Positions 51,485 to 64,000 of a DNA stretch of 64,000 nt are shown piece after piece. The translations under genes and the position numbers were made by a program. Source of the stretch: Nemertoderma westbladi (lineage: Eukaryota; Animalia; Xenacoelomorpha). Location: the NCBI GenBank assembly GCA_032718475.1, contig JAUCBJ010007449.1, positions 18,181 to 82,180 on the forward strand, given 5' to 3'. The notes under the pieces were generated by a model, which saw only the letters and a program-made list of their open reading frames with translations, had not been told where the DNA came from and made no database searches. How positions within the stretch are numbered: the first letter of the stretch is position 1; every line of letters begins with the position of its first letter.

Positions 51485-54400
51485 AAATTGGTATATTTGA
51501 TATTTTTATAGGTTTTTTGAGGTTTGTTTTATAGTGCCCCCAAGGAAGCGAATGATTTTTATTAACCCAATAAAGTTTATCGTCAAAGCTACTGAGTGTA
51601 AATTTATTTTGCTTTAAGGTATAAATACGATGTAATTTAGATTGAAATCTGTGTATGTTTTTTTTTATTTCTTCATTTGAGTTATATGCTTTTAAATATT
51701 CTTCATGTGTAATATTCGTTTCGACAACAGCTCTTGTAATACCTTTTGCTCTACGAATATTTTTATTATTCCATTCCAAAATTGAATATAATTTTGGTCT
51801 TAAAAATACTGCTTGTTTAATTTCACGTGAGGCTAGTTCGTCTTTACAGTAATAGAGTCTGGATTTATTTTTATCGCTGTAGAGGGGGTGATCCTTAGGG
51901 TAATTGGAAGTATCTAAAATATTATTTTTAATTAATGCTTTTAAAAAATTATTCTGCGATGTCAGTCAGTGTCTGATGCGGCAATTTCAATACGACAATT
52001 TAATTCTTTCTCAATAGGTAGCAATTTATTGTAATACAGCTCATACATATCCAATTTAGCCAAGTCCAACACAGCGCTACCAATAAATATAGGCTTATCG
52101 AGAGTTACAGAGTCTTTCACTAATAATTGTCCCGATAATGTATTATTGTATATTATAAATTGTTCATGATTAATACGATTTACCAATTGATCACATTTAT
52201 CGTTGCTATTTGCGATACGAAAGTTACATCGGTCTCGTATCCTCTCTATTGATTTGCCAAACAGTGAATTATTGAGCAATTTCGCGACAGCAGTTTCAAT
52301 GTAACTTTTTGCTAGGCGCCTTTGATTAATATTAAAATCTATGTAATTTTTAAATACAAATTCTTTTTGAAAAGAATATAATTTATGTAGTTTAGTAACA
52401 ATTAATCCATGTTTTATATAAAATTTTAACAGTTTCAAATGTAAATGATAAAACTCTTTATCAAATTGCGTCAGCAAGAGTTTTGGTGTAGACATCCTAT
52501 ATTTACGGGAGGTACCTCTTTGTTTCGATAAATTATTAAATTGTTCCCGCATATAAGGCAAAAGCATTGTTTCATTTATACTTAAATGCTCTGGGGCTAA
52601 CGGTAATTGTAATGTTTGATCGTGAATAGCCTTGGGATAATTTAAATCACATATTAAAAAATATCCAGTAGATCCATCAATGTCTAAATCTACCAAGTAC
52701 TCGATTAGTTTTTCTGGAATTGCATTCTCTAAATGTTTAATACTTACTTCTTTGAATTGCGAGGTGGGTAGTTTTTTACTTAAATTCCCAGAATATAAAG
52801 AGTTGAAATCAATATTAAAAATATGGCATTCTTCCTTAGTAGAATCATATGTACTTGTTCCAGGTATATTTGATTCTATATAATGCTTTCGACAAAATGA
52901 AACACCACCCCTAATTGATTTTTCAAAATCTCTATATGTTTGATAATCCTTTATTAATTCTATTTTACATTTATTATATTTTAGCGCGCAATCATAGGTA
53001 AATGACGCAATACTACAGTAAAAAACCACTTCTAAATCGTAATTTTGTTTACAAACATTCCTAAAATTCTCAAATATATCAGCAAGCAAACAAACATCGA
53101 GTTTTAAATAGGCTAAAAGATAAACTTTGAGATTCACACAGTCGAATTCTACCCATGATAATCCTGCAAACCTATAATCTTCAATTGTGCATGTTTTTTG
53201 TGTTAAGTTACTAAAAAAATTATTTATAGACGGCAAACCAGTATCATTAAATTTATTAATATCTGTCAAGTACTCGTATGGAAATACTCCTTTCCGTTTA
53301 ATTGTTGAGTTATTCAAGTTTGGATAAAAATATTTCATTTCTTGTAGAGTAATAGGTAAAATTGAGCTTATATCATGACTCGCTACATCCTTTGTTGAAC
53401 ACTCAACTAAATTACTTAGGGAAAAGCTTAAAAATTGATATGTGTCTAAGAAACGTAACTCAATTTTTTTAGAAGTGTTTTTAATTGGGATAAACGCACT
53501 CAGTGAAATATATCGTTCTGTATTTCTCGGTATAACCTTTATATCCCAATCGGTGTATTTCTTATCTCTAAATCCGGTTTGTAATATACAATGTATATCG
53601 TAATTACTGGAATTGTGCCCGCAAAGTACATACAGGTATCGTTTCAATGATAAACTTCGGTTACAACTATTACAGGCTGCTGCAATATATTTACCTGTAA
53701 TATGTGAATGATGTCTGTTTTTCCCAACATTATTATTTAAAGTAACATTACAATAGAAACAAAATTTTGCCTGTTCAAAATTTACAAAATCAATATTAGT
53801 AAATGACATAGTTTTATGAGTGTATATGTCTGACCAACAACATAATTCAGTTAAATCAAAATATAATGAATCTAAGAAATCTTGAATACAATTATTATTA
53901 TTATTTGACTTTATGAATGTTTTCAAATTACATTTTGGGGGGTTAATTAATTCAGTATTGGGAACAATTAAATAACTCGCAGCACACGGTATATGCTCCT
54001 GTATAAATTGATTATTAACTGAAGGTTGTAAGATACATTCTATATCAAAGTAGGTGACAAACAATGGGGATAAGGTTCTATCTAAATTTGTAAAACTAAT
54101 GTGTGTTCATTTTTTATTAGGTAGTTTCTCTCGTTGACTTCTTCCTTGGTAGCATGCAAGACGGTGTTGTTGGAGAACTTCCGATTGAAAAAAATGAGCC
54201 AAACTCCTTTCACAATATTTCCTATTCCCGATATGAAGAGCTCTCGTATTCAGCAATCGATTCAAGTTAGTTATGCAAACATAATGATTCGGTTTAGGTA
54301 CATTGTTATTTTTTACTACAAGTAATATATTTAATAACTCTTTATCGGGTGTAATTTTACTAAACGGTGGTTGTCTTAATATAGATACGGGGGCGCGTTT

Positions 54401-55471
54401 GTTGTCGTTATTCCAACATAGTAAATTAATTATATATTTTGAATTTTGTTTTTCAAAAAGTTTAATCGCTAACTGCCACTCTGTTGGATAATCTTTGTTC
54501 CCGTTGTCAAAAATGAAATGACTCATATAATTTTTGTACGATGAAGTACGGTTTTTGTGATCTTTCACTTTGCTACTAAATTTTGCGGCTATAATAGCCC
54601 ATTTGAAACAGTCATTATCTACCGTTTGAATATTTATTGTACATTTTTTAGCTGATAGAGCCTTAGGTAATTCCATATATCCATGCCCCTTATATAGTAA
54701 CGACCTACACTTAGATTCAGCTAATTTAATTTCAACCCTTAATAAAGATTTAATACGCCATCCCGAACCACGTGTGTTAAAGATGGCTATTTTTTGTAAT
54801 ATATTTTCCACAACATACTCAAACCATGTGTCAAAACTTTGCGGCGAATCTACAGTATTAATAGCACGACCGGAAGAATTAAAATAAAAGGTTTCCAATT
54901 GCTCGCCTTCTGAAAAATGTGATCTGTACATTAATACATTTAGACCTAACCACAGTCTAAGAACATTCATTTCTTTCAATCTATCTAATATTAACTGAAG
55001 AATATTACCTCGAATTTGTGCTAATGCTGTTTCTACATCGGGATAATCTCTAGAAGTTGGGAGGTCGTGGACATAAATTTCAAGACGATTATCGTGAGCT
55101 TCTTGTTCCCGCGTAAAAATTGTTGCGCTTGTACCAAGAGCCACCCTTAAGTTTTTTCTGGATATTATATTTTTATGTTGCGGAAATTTACGCTTTCTTG
55201 TGTAGTAACATTTCAAGTGACAGTCGTGTCGTATATAATTCTCATATGTATACTCTTTATTACAGGTAGAACAAGTCAATTGATAGGTGCGGAACTCCAT
55301 TTCTTTACAACCAGTAGTCGATTCATGTCGTTTACAAATTTCGCTGCATGAAGTCACAACATGACACTTAAAACAAGAATAACTTTCAAAATGTGACCGT
55401 AGGTGGTGCAAGTAATTATGTCTAGTTACATTCATATGACAGAATGAACAACATATTGTTATTTTATCCAT
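51432..55471 (-). pseudogene. polB: Protein-primed family B DNA polymerase (~1,345 codons) with N-terminal zinc fingers and an EndoVII/HNH-like insert; one in-frame stop and one frameshift
   Basis: RGSGW; Exo I YFDIEC; insert CFYC..RHHSHITGKY..ACNSCN; Exo II HNSSNYD; KGVFPYEY; Exo III YLKLD; DFNSLY; KLLNNSLFGK; DTD; KDE; RPKLYS; AKGI. In-frame TGA at 54109-54107 and a frameshift right after DTD (~51962). Confidence 0.96.
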
Positions 55472-55665
55472 GTTGAAGTTTGTTAGTTTGTTTAGATAAA
55501 TAATAATAATAATAATAAAATATGTCCAAAGATTAAAATGAAATGAAATGAAATGTTATTGACTATATCTAAACATTTATATGCTAGTGAGGGAAATAAT
55601 TTTAAACCAATCACCAATCGCTTATGACTATTAGAAACAACAAAGAGTTTAACTTATGATTAGGT

Positions 55666-56730
55666 TTACATATTAGGATAATAATCAGGTTTCCATGGAG
55701 AATTAGTAACAGGCTCTACTAGAGCTGGGTTACTGACAACTTTATGTTTCTTTGCAGGTGATGTGTTGGTAAATTTACTCGATGATCTTGGCTTCCGAGG
55801 TAATATTTCAGGAAAGACCTGTTGTGGTTGAGAGCAACTCTCTTCAACATCCGGATTAGGTGATGGGATCTCTATGAAAGCTTTAGGTTTATCCAAAAGG
55901 ACAAAACCGTCAACATTGGCTTCAATAAGAGAAACGCCATCCATAGCCTCTTTGAGAAAACTAATATGGGCTTTATCATTCAAGTAATGCAACTCGATAG
56001 AATTTCCGCCGGCCCCTACTTCAGTAGAATTATCGGTGTTGGTGATAATAATTTTTTTATTATTGGTTTTAATCATTTTGAGACGGTCTGATAATTGAAT
56101 GATATTTTTATCAAAAAGATGCTTGTCTGTTTCATCGACTTGGTTGTCCCACTCTCGCAACAAAACAGTTAGTTCCTGTTTTGACAAATTGAAACCTGTA
56201 TAATAGTTAAAACCAACACTATCAGCGTATCTGAGGCTGATTTTCCATAAGCCAACATAGTTGGTTCCTTTAAAAGCTGTTACAAATCCAATAAACTCTG
56301 GATTTGATAATTCAATGTAGAACTGTTCGCTAATAATCTCTAGCGGTGGAGAGAGAAATTGCAATAATTTCCCTCTGTATTGAATTAGAACTTCAGTAAA
56401 AGCTTTGTTGAGAACTTTACATTTGCCTTGTTTCTGAACGTAAACATCACCCGATGTGGGGTTGATGGAAATATTCAAATTTCCCCGCGCAAAACGAAGA
56501 GTTGGATATATCCTACCTGGTATAATTGCTGGTCTGGATTGATGTTGGTTGTTGTTGGTTGTTTCTAGAATGTCTAACAAATAGCGGGTATCTTGATGGG
56601 AAAAACAAATTGATTCGTTGTCCTCCTGAGATTCCACAATAAAATACTTGCTGTGAACGACGGTACAAGTATATTTATTATAAGTAAATTTCCAGCTATT
56701 TGTCGCTCCGGTTTTTTGCGTTAAGGCCAT
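55666..56730 (-). CDS. 354-aa protein with a PC4/Sub1-like ssDNA-binding domain
   Basis: VTAFKGTNYVGLWK..TGFNLSKQELTVL resembles the PC4 pattern V..FKG...IDIR..KGISL...W..L. Intact ORF. Confidence 0.55.
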   Translation of the reverse strand: MALTQKTGATNSWKFTYNKYTCTVVHSKYFIVESQEDNESICFSHQDTRYLLDILETTNNNQHQSRPAIIPGRIYPTLRFARGNLNISINPTSGDVYVQKQGKCKVLNKAFTEVLIQYRGKLLQFLSPPLEIISEQFYIELSNPEFIGFVTAFKGTNYVGLWKISLRYADSVGFNYYTGFNLSKQELTVLLREWDNQVDETDKHLFDKNIIQLSDRLKMIKTNNKKIIITNTDNSTEVGAGGNSIELHYLNDKAHISFLKEAMDGVSLIEANVDGFVLLDKPKAFIEIPSPNPDVEESCSQPQQVFPEILPRKPRSSSKFTNTSPAKKHKVVSNPALVEPVTNSPWKPDYYPNM

Positions 56731-56827
56731 AATAATAATAATAAATACGAAAAATATTACAAGTGATAAATTTTAAACCGTATCGCTGTAATAAATTGAC
56801 ACCATAGTTCTCACTCTAAAATTGTGT

Positions 56828-56989
56828 TTGGTCAGAAGACGACGCCTACGAAAAATGATGCTGAGTTCGACATTAGGTATCGACTCAAAAACAAAAATCG
56901 TGTGAGACACGTAGCTCAGATTTTCGTTTTTAGGTCGATACCCAATGCTGGAATCAGTATCATTTTATGTGGTGTCGTTTTCTGACCAA
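56828..56989 (+). other. Long imperfect hairpin (~70-bp stem) between the PC4-like gene and the right TIR
   Basis: Arm 56828-56898 pairs with 56919-56989; an outer IR pairs 56796-56817 with 57045-57079. Confidence 0.8.
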
Positions 56990-57408
56990 CGAATATACAA
57001 CGAGTAAGATAATGTATAAATTATTAAGGAAATAACACAATGTCAGAGTGAGAACAAAAAAAATTAGATATGGTATCAATATATTACCATGAAGATTACA
57101 AGTGATGAATTTTATTAAAAACATTCAGTTATATATAAATTTGTGATGGGGCATAGTCAACGAAGAAGAGATGGGACGTGTCATAATCATCGACGAATAA
57201 GAAAAGAGATGGGGTGCAACGTGGTTGAATGGTTGGTTGGTTACGTGGATAGGAAATATGTGAAAGAATATGAATCATAGGGTTGTGTGTAATAATAATC
57301 AATAATTATTATAAAACCGCACAGTATAATGTTAGTAGTAGTAGCCTCTTTCAATATGGCACAGATGCTGCGGGATCGGTTAGCTTGAGTAACTACTTGG
57401 AAATGTTC

Positions 57409-58023
57409 GTATACGTGTAGCTGGAACGTGGCGGAATTTCATGCACATGTATCATACTGAGTGGTTGGTTTGTTGGTTTGGCGACAGCAGTTGAGTAGCT
57501 CTATCAACGGAGGGACGTAAATCGTTGAGTTGGCAATCGATATAATATACTGTAATATAACGACTTGGTATATGCACCGTGTAGATGGCCACGTTATCGT
57601 TTTAGTCACCATATACAGTATGTGGAGGTGGTAGCGTGGTGAAAAGGGGAATAATCGGAGGGTGTATCGCTGTTGGTTGGTTGATCGAATAGCGATGGGT
57701 TGGGGGCTAGCCATGCGTCGAGAAGTTAGGCTACGCAAAGATGAATATGCAATGGATGGTTGTTGCAGCAATGATACGAATCAATACTATCGGTTGGTAG
57801 GTAACAGCTGCCATTGAGTAAGGTGGGCAACGCGAGGTTAGGCTACGCGTAGGTGAATACGCTACGATTGGTTGATGGTAACTACCTCGATGGTGACAGA
57901 TGTAGGCAATTAAACGCCGTAATTTAGCATCGGAATTTGGCATTTTTAATAGTCCTCCGAGATGTAGCCGAGATAGCCCAAGCTAGGGAGGAGTTCGTTG
58001 GGGTCACCTCTTCTTCTACTACT
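57409..58023 (-). repeat. Polinton right terminal inverted repeat
   Basis: Reverse complement of 37296-37889, ending CTACTACT. Confidence 0.95.
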
Positions 58024-58029
58024 TATACT

Positions 58030-60069
58030 ACACATTATCTGAAGTATAGCGATTTACCTAACGCAAGCGAACGCGCAACCTTATGGCATCCAGTGGGTAT
58101 GACCATAGAAAACGCCACCAAAGAGTGGAACGAAACTCTTAACGTTATCGAAATGTATGGAGTTGTCACTTACGATAACGAAGGTAGCATTCCAGTTGGA
58201 GAGTTGGGAACTATGCGAATGTTACACATACGAGGACTAGCTGGTTCTACCCAAGTGTTTACTCGAGCGTGTTCCGACATGATCGATTATTCTTTCAAGA
58301 CTCTCACAGAGATACAAAAGAAACTCCGAAATGGACAATTCGAAATCGCGCTGCGTTATGTTACTGATACCGAGCGCAAACCGGCCATGGGAATAGATTA
58401 ATCTATGCTACCTCAACCAGTGCTCGAGATGCTGTTTGATGAGAGAATCCTTAAAATCGGCTCAGCTGTTTATGGAGATCTCCAAAATGACTTCAGAAAC
58501 ATGGAGAATATCCCATATCCTTTCGTAGACACCCAGCTGATTGCACCATGGGCAGAAGACTGAGGTTTCTTCCGAACTATGTATGCCAATACATCAAGCG
58601 GAATCAATAAAGTACAATGAACCTCTATCGGATATCTTGCCTTCCAAGAATACGGATGGAATTTCAAAGTTGGAAATCCTGTCAGTTACCAACAAATATA
58701 TGGAGACCATTATTCTCTATTATATTTTGACGGACCATTAACCGCACCTGGCGTCATCTATAGCTTTATGAGTGTTCCACTCCGTCCCTCATTAGCTATA
58801 TACACTATCTTCGAGAATGCCGCACTTGCCGGTTGGCTAGCCGATGTGTGCATTCGCACTATACGCGCTCATCCCTTACTGCTTGGAACCAAACTCGCCA
58901 AGCTAGATGAACACAATAAATTCATCCGATTCGAATGCTTTAGGCGCTTTCTGACTCCGTTCCGCAACGTTGATAGTCAGTTCAAGGACCGCGCTTTGAC
59001 TAAGCTCAGCTTAAGAGACTCAGCTGCTGAGAAGTTGGACAGTGCTGGATTCGCCATTTTTAAGGACGTTTGTATACAGAACCTACATTCATCTGTCATA
59101 CAAAGACCCCGAATTCCCACAGGATATTCTATTGTGGAAGTTCAAACAGTGGGTTTACTTGAGGAAACAGCTGCACCTACCTCAGCTATGCAAGTGGAAG
59201 AAGAACCAATTTGCTTGGAGTCCGAGGAGATTCAACCCACAGCGCCCAGGAGCAGCGACAATGATTATGTGCTGGAATCTTATCAAGGTCCACAATGTCT
59301 CACAGCATACGATTATCAGCATGCCAATTATGTTTCTAGGAAACGTTGTCGATTATGCGCATCACGAGATCACTCTACCCCGGTGGACTCCAGCGTACCC
59401 TGCTCCTACTTTAAAGATCAACCTGCTATGGAGATTTATTGTGCGTATTGTAGACTCAATAATCTACACATCTTCGCAGTCTTTCCTCAATTTATGACTC
59501 AATGTCACCATTGTCAGTTCAAAGGACACGCAAGTTTCGATTGCTCTTTCAACCGAGATCTAGAGAGCGTAGACGAAATAGTTGCCATGCGTTACATCAG
59601 AGCTTGGGAAGCTAACGCGGATCTCCATTGCGAATCACGTCATCGATACTATCCCGGACGTGCATATGAAGGAGTCTATGCATTTCACCCATATCTCTTT
59701 GCTTCCGTCGAACAAAAATCTCGCACTCCTAGCTACGAGCTGATGAAGCGTGTTGGCGATAATATTTCAACTAAATATGTTCGCAAGTATCTTAGGAATA
59801 TTAATCCTAATAACCTGAATTCCTATAACTTGATCACCTTCATCCGCCAAGATCCGGAATACGGCGACTTGTTCATAAACTCGCATCCAGAGCTACAAGA
59901 AGTTCATAGACGACCATATGAATATAAATCCAGAGAACGCGAGTTGGAGAGAACCATCAAACCTAGGAAATTTCTCACTACACACGGTCAACCTACCGCT
60001 ATCGTGCATACGACCCATCAGGGACCAGTAAGAGCTGCTGTCCAGAAACGCGCTCTAAAGGTTGTTTGA
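58030..60069 (+). pseudogene. C-terminal part of the retroelement accessory ORF: DEDDy (WRN/RNase D-like) 3'-5' exonuclease plus three zinc-knuckle-like motifs
   Basis: One frame with stops at 58399, 58561 and 58618. VVTYDNEG (Exo I), LPQPVLEMLFDERILKIGSAVYGD (Exo II), FVDTQ, SIGYLA..YG, PLRPSLAIYTIFE (Exo III-like); then CRLC..H..C, CAYC..H and CHHCQFKGHASFDC. Confidence 0.75.
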
Positions 60070-60353
60070 CCTTGTTCCACCGATGTTGATATCGATCAAC
60101 CGGGTACCTCGACCAGCGGATACACCGACTGTAATCCGAAACCTTCGGATGCAATCGTATTGCATCCTTCCCCAGGAGTTATAGCCCTCCTAGTAAAGTG
60201 GCTCGTCCCAAAGAGAAAAAGACTCTTACTAGTCTCAAAAAACTTCTTAAACGCCGTTCACAAAAGAAGGACTAATAGTTTAGAGTGTTTTTGTATTTTA
60301 GAAACTGTGATTTTTTATATTTTATAGACTTAAATCCCATTTTCTGGGAGCGG

Positions 60354-61280
60354 TGTAAAAGCTTTTGCGGACATAACAAGTCATTTTCACGCAATGCGCA
60401 GAATACTCTAAAAAAGCCCTAAAATTGTTCAACTACGCGTCGGAAAGAAATTAGAACCAAGATGACGAAATCTGTCAGCTGATTCTTTGTGTAAGTGGAG
60501 ATCTCTTTGTCATGGTTTATTCAGCCAATCAGAGCAATCTTCTCTGTTATACCAATGGAGACCTACCTGAAAACTAGTGCAATGCAGTATGGTTATTATT
60601 TTTCTGAGAATTAGATTCATCTCAGAATTCTGTACTACTAAGTACGGTCGTTTCAGACTTTGGCCCAAAAACATCTGATGGCCTTAGTTATAAGAACGTA
60701 AATCTATTAATGCATCGTACGACAAACCACATCCAATTCTACTCAATGCGACGCATTGCACCAAACTGAACTTCATGAACACATACTGACTGTTCACTGC
60801 ACTGTTTTACTGCTGTTTTATATTGTATTAATTGTTGTTTATATTAATGGATGTTATATTTGGAGAATACCGATAAATAATCATAAACCCCTCAATCTCA
60901 ACTCCTCTACCGGTAGCAACTGCGACTTAAATTATAGTGGTTTTGTGGGAATTAAATGCTATTTCATAATCCCTATGTGTGTCAGTTGCAATCCTCTTTA
61001 TATATGATCAAATTCAGTGACGGTCGGCAAATTAGTGTGAAGTAGTGTGAAGTAGTGTGAAGTCGTGTGAAGTCGTGTGAAGGTTAATAAAGCATCTCCT
61101 AAAGAATGCGCTATTTACGAAACTCTGTGGCCATCTAGTTGTAATTAGTATAAGTCATAACTCTGTTTTTATACTTAAAGCGCCACGTCCTAAAGGAACT
61201 GTTAATATTTCCCCGAAAGTAAATATAGTTGTCAGAGATTAGATAGTAGCGATCAATTGAATAATACAAAGTAGCTTACA
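60354..61280 (+). repeat. Putative 3' LTR preceded by PPT GGGAGCGG
   Basis: Starts TGTAAAAGC with the first ~120 bp matching 29400. AATAAA at ~61086; the AGCTTACA end at 61280 is tentative. Confidence 0.55.
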
Positions 61281-61329
61281 CCGCAATACTTCCTAAGGAA
61301 CCCACACCCGGTTAACCCGGTAATAAAGG

Positions 61330-61980
61330 TCCACTGTTAAGGAAGGATCAAACCTGTCAGTGGTGCACAGGAGGATGGAGGCCGTGTTGTCGATTAGGAC
61401 AGGAAACAATGATATGTACAGGAAGATCCGATGGAACTCCTGCTCCATCGTTAATTGAAGGAATTACCCATCCCCTTCAGAAACATTGCCGTCTCAGGCT
61501 CTGAAAGTCACAAAGTCCAAGGGATAGAGTTGGTAGGACAAGCTACTCGCACATTCCGATCTTAAAGTCTTCCGCCTCTCGACAACACTGCATTGAGCAA
61601 GAGCACTCTTTGTAAGACGGCTCTGATTGCAGCATAGAACTGGGATTTGGCAATGAGATGTAACAATAATTGTGCTTATGTGTAGCATACCCAACATTGT
61701 ATAATCTATGTGACATTATGGTATATACCAGACACCATCCAGATTGCTGGTGTCTCATCTGTAAGAACCGATCAAGGACTACCATAATACAGGACAAACT
61801 GTCACTCAAAATTGGGTGATGGCCGCAGAACAATCTTACACTTTGTGGATGTGGAGGTCTTCTAGTGAACTTCTTATCCATAAAAAAAAATCGTCGTCAA
61901 GGCCTCAGAGTCAACCAGGAATGTAATGATATCTCTATCAATCAACCTCTGGACAGAATCAATGTTTATCGACATTTGCG
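61330..61980 (-). pseudogene. Possible degenerate DIRS-type tyrosine recombinase fragment
   Basis: Weak motif resemblance only (RDIITFLVDS, RHQQSGW, ILLCTTD), with many disruptions. Confidence 0.25.
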
Positions 61981-62499
61981 AAGAAGAAACCTGTAGCGAT
62001 TTCTCAGAAATTGAAATGTTATCGAAATGTGTGTTTAACCATAACCATAATTAATTATTAGAACCTTATTTCACCATGTATAGGTTCAATCTAAAAACTT
62101 AAACTTGAGAATCTGTCCCCGGGGGCCTTGCAATGGACAAAATAGGCGGTCCATCTTGAAAATCTTGATAGTATAATGATGCCCGTTAGGAGAAACTATT
62201 CCATCGTTTAGCGACTCCCACTCCACACGAACTGTCTTCTAACGAGAAAACGTCCTCAAGCAATTGTGTTACTAGAGTTGGTGAATTAATTGTTATGAAA
62301 GCGGTTGCTGATACTACAAAACTTACATATCATGTTGCTACCTAATAGTTGGTGTGCGAATGAATGGTTTGGCTAACAAACTATATTTAATATGTTGTCC
62401 TGAATCGAGTGGTTTGTTTTGAGGTAAATGAAAAAAGTGTAAAAAAATGTCTATTGTATTTGGATTGTAATCGGTATTTGAAAGTTCATCATTACGTTG

Positions 62500-64000
62500 T
62501 TAGCTTATTCAATCCCGCCAACACCCCATAAAGTTATTAGCCGATAAGCAATATTGGGAGCCGCGAGATTGGGTAATTAACCAACTCGCGCCATCCCAAT
62601 AAGAATGGGAAGGAAGCACACAATAGAGGGTCAGGGGCCAAACCCCTAACCCAAGGAGAACAGGTGGAGTTAACGGGAATACTCCACGGGGCGCCAACAA
62701 GGGTATTAACCAATCAGAGGGGGGAACGGCATCGATTGAGTAGCAGTAAGGCCACCGTGCAATATAACCAATAACCTATTAATCAGTGATTCAGTTATCT
62801 CAAGTGCAGCAGTGCTAGCGTAGGGTACAGCCAATTAGTTTAGTTAGGGGATCACGGGACTTTAGTTACCGTATCCCGCCTTGTACACATTCACAATATA
62901 TCTATATCTTATAACCTTCTATTATACACCGAACTTCAGAACTCAGTCACTTTATTTCATCCTTATACACGGCGGGGACGCGTGGACTAAATTACCACAA
63001 CCGGATAAATCGGGATCCCTCTTGGATCCCGTCACAGTAACTAAAACCGAGCTGCCGCCCCTAGTTAAACTCAAAGAACTCCACCCTAGCTAGTCGAACT
63101 CCACCGAGCAAACGAGATGAGTGAATCGGGCGAGACACCGACGCGGACCCCGGACGAAGACCTAACGATCCGCGAGGCCGCGACCAAACGATACAGGCCC
63201 ACGACGCCGGAGCCATCGATAACGGGCGAACCGGAAGCACAGGACGAGGAGGGCCTGGAACCCGAAGTCGAGCCAAGAGAGAGAGAGAGCGAGACGGAGG
63301 GAGAGGGAGATGAGTCGACACGGAACGGAGAACGGCGCGCCGATGTCGCCGGCCAGCTACCGGCCGAGGGCAACGAGCGGCCCACCGAAACGGCGACGGT
63401 GGGGCTGACGGTGCGACGCCGGACGCGAAGAGACGGAGGAGAGATCGGTACCGATGTCGCCGGCCAGCTACAGGCCGAGGGCGACGGACGGCCCACCGGA
63501 ACGGCGACGGTGGAGCCGCCGGTACGACGTCGAACCCGGAGGGACGGAGCAGAGGTCGGCGACGAGGACGTCGGGGTTTCTGAGCGACTTCGACGGGCCT
63601 ACAACGCGACCCGGAAGTTGATAAACGACGCCAAGAAGAAAGGGGCGAAGATAGACGAGGTGAGACTGAGAAAGCGACTAGGTGAGTCGGATAGACACTT
63701 AAATTACCTAATACGTTTTGGGCAGAGAGAACTAGCCGGGGAGAGAGCAAAGGGAATTGCAGGCGAACTGTTCGAACTATGGGAGTGTGGGAGTATGGGA
63801 CCTAGCGTAGCGCCAGTGTACATAGGGCCATACTTGGTCGATGCCCGGGGTGTGAAACCAGTGGGTTGGAAGGGACCAGAGGAGGGCGAATCCGAGGCTA
63901 ACACCGAGGATTCGGCCTCGTCGGTCGGAGAAAGCTCCGAAAAGGGGGGGAAAGCTAGTAGGTCGGGAAGGCGGGGGAAGTCCGTCGTAACCGATAAGTC
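62500..64000 (+). mobile_element. 5' LTR (ends ~63036) and purine-rich leader/gag start of another LTR retrotransposon, running off the window
   Basis: CGGGATC..GATCCCGTCACA end motif, as at 1499, followed by GC/purine-rich sequence like that at 1-980. The LTR start is uncertain. Confidence 0.45.

Noticed and set aside
57937-58029. N-terminus of ORF 57937-58401
   Set aside because: Derived from the TIR; the real upstream part of this frame is at 36195-37295.
63061-63904. Minus-strand Pro/Arg/Ser ORFs
   Set aside because: Antisense shadow of a purine-rich retroelement leader.

Overview
Animal (invertebrate-type) nuclear DNA, dominated by nested mobile elements. All translations, alignments and coordinates were worked out by eye, with no database searches. 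The main structure is a three-level nest. (1) A decayed BEL/Pao LTR retrotransposon (~29400-61280) carries, downstream of pol, a ~1,300-codon accessory frame with a WRN/RNase D-like DEDDy 3'-5' exonuclease and three Cys/His zinc-knuckle-like motifs. (2) That frame is split by a complete 20.7-kb Polinton/Maverick (37296-58023; AGTAGT termini, ~600-bp TIRs, TATACT 6-bp TSD). It encodes pPolB, integrase, packaging ATPase, major capsid, two minor capsids and an adenain protease, plus RING, PC4-like, DEDD-like and TATA-binding-protein-like accessory genes. (3) The TBP-like gene is in turn split by a piggyBac-type TTAA MITE that has 3 copies in the window. The left 29 kb holds a spliced host Ly6/uPAR (three-finger) GPI-anchored gene absent from the ORF track, a frameshifted GPCR-like exon, RTE-type LINE copies (one with a ~38-bp TSD), a P-like foldback MITE, tRNA-derived elements, LTR fragments and three minisatellites.
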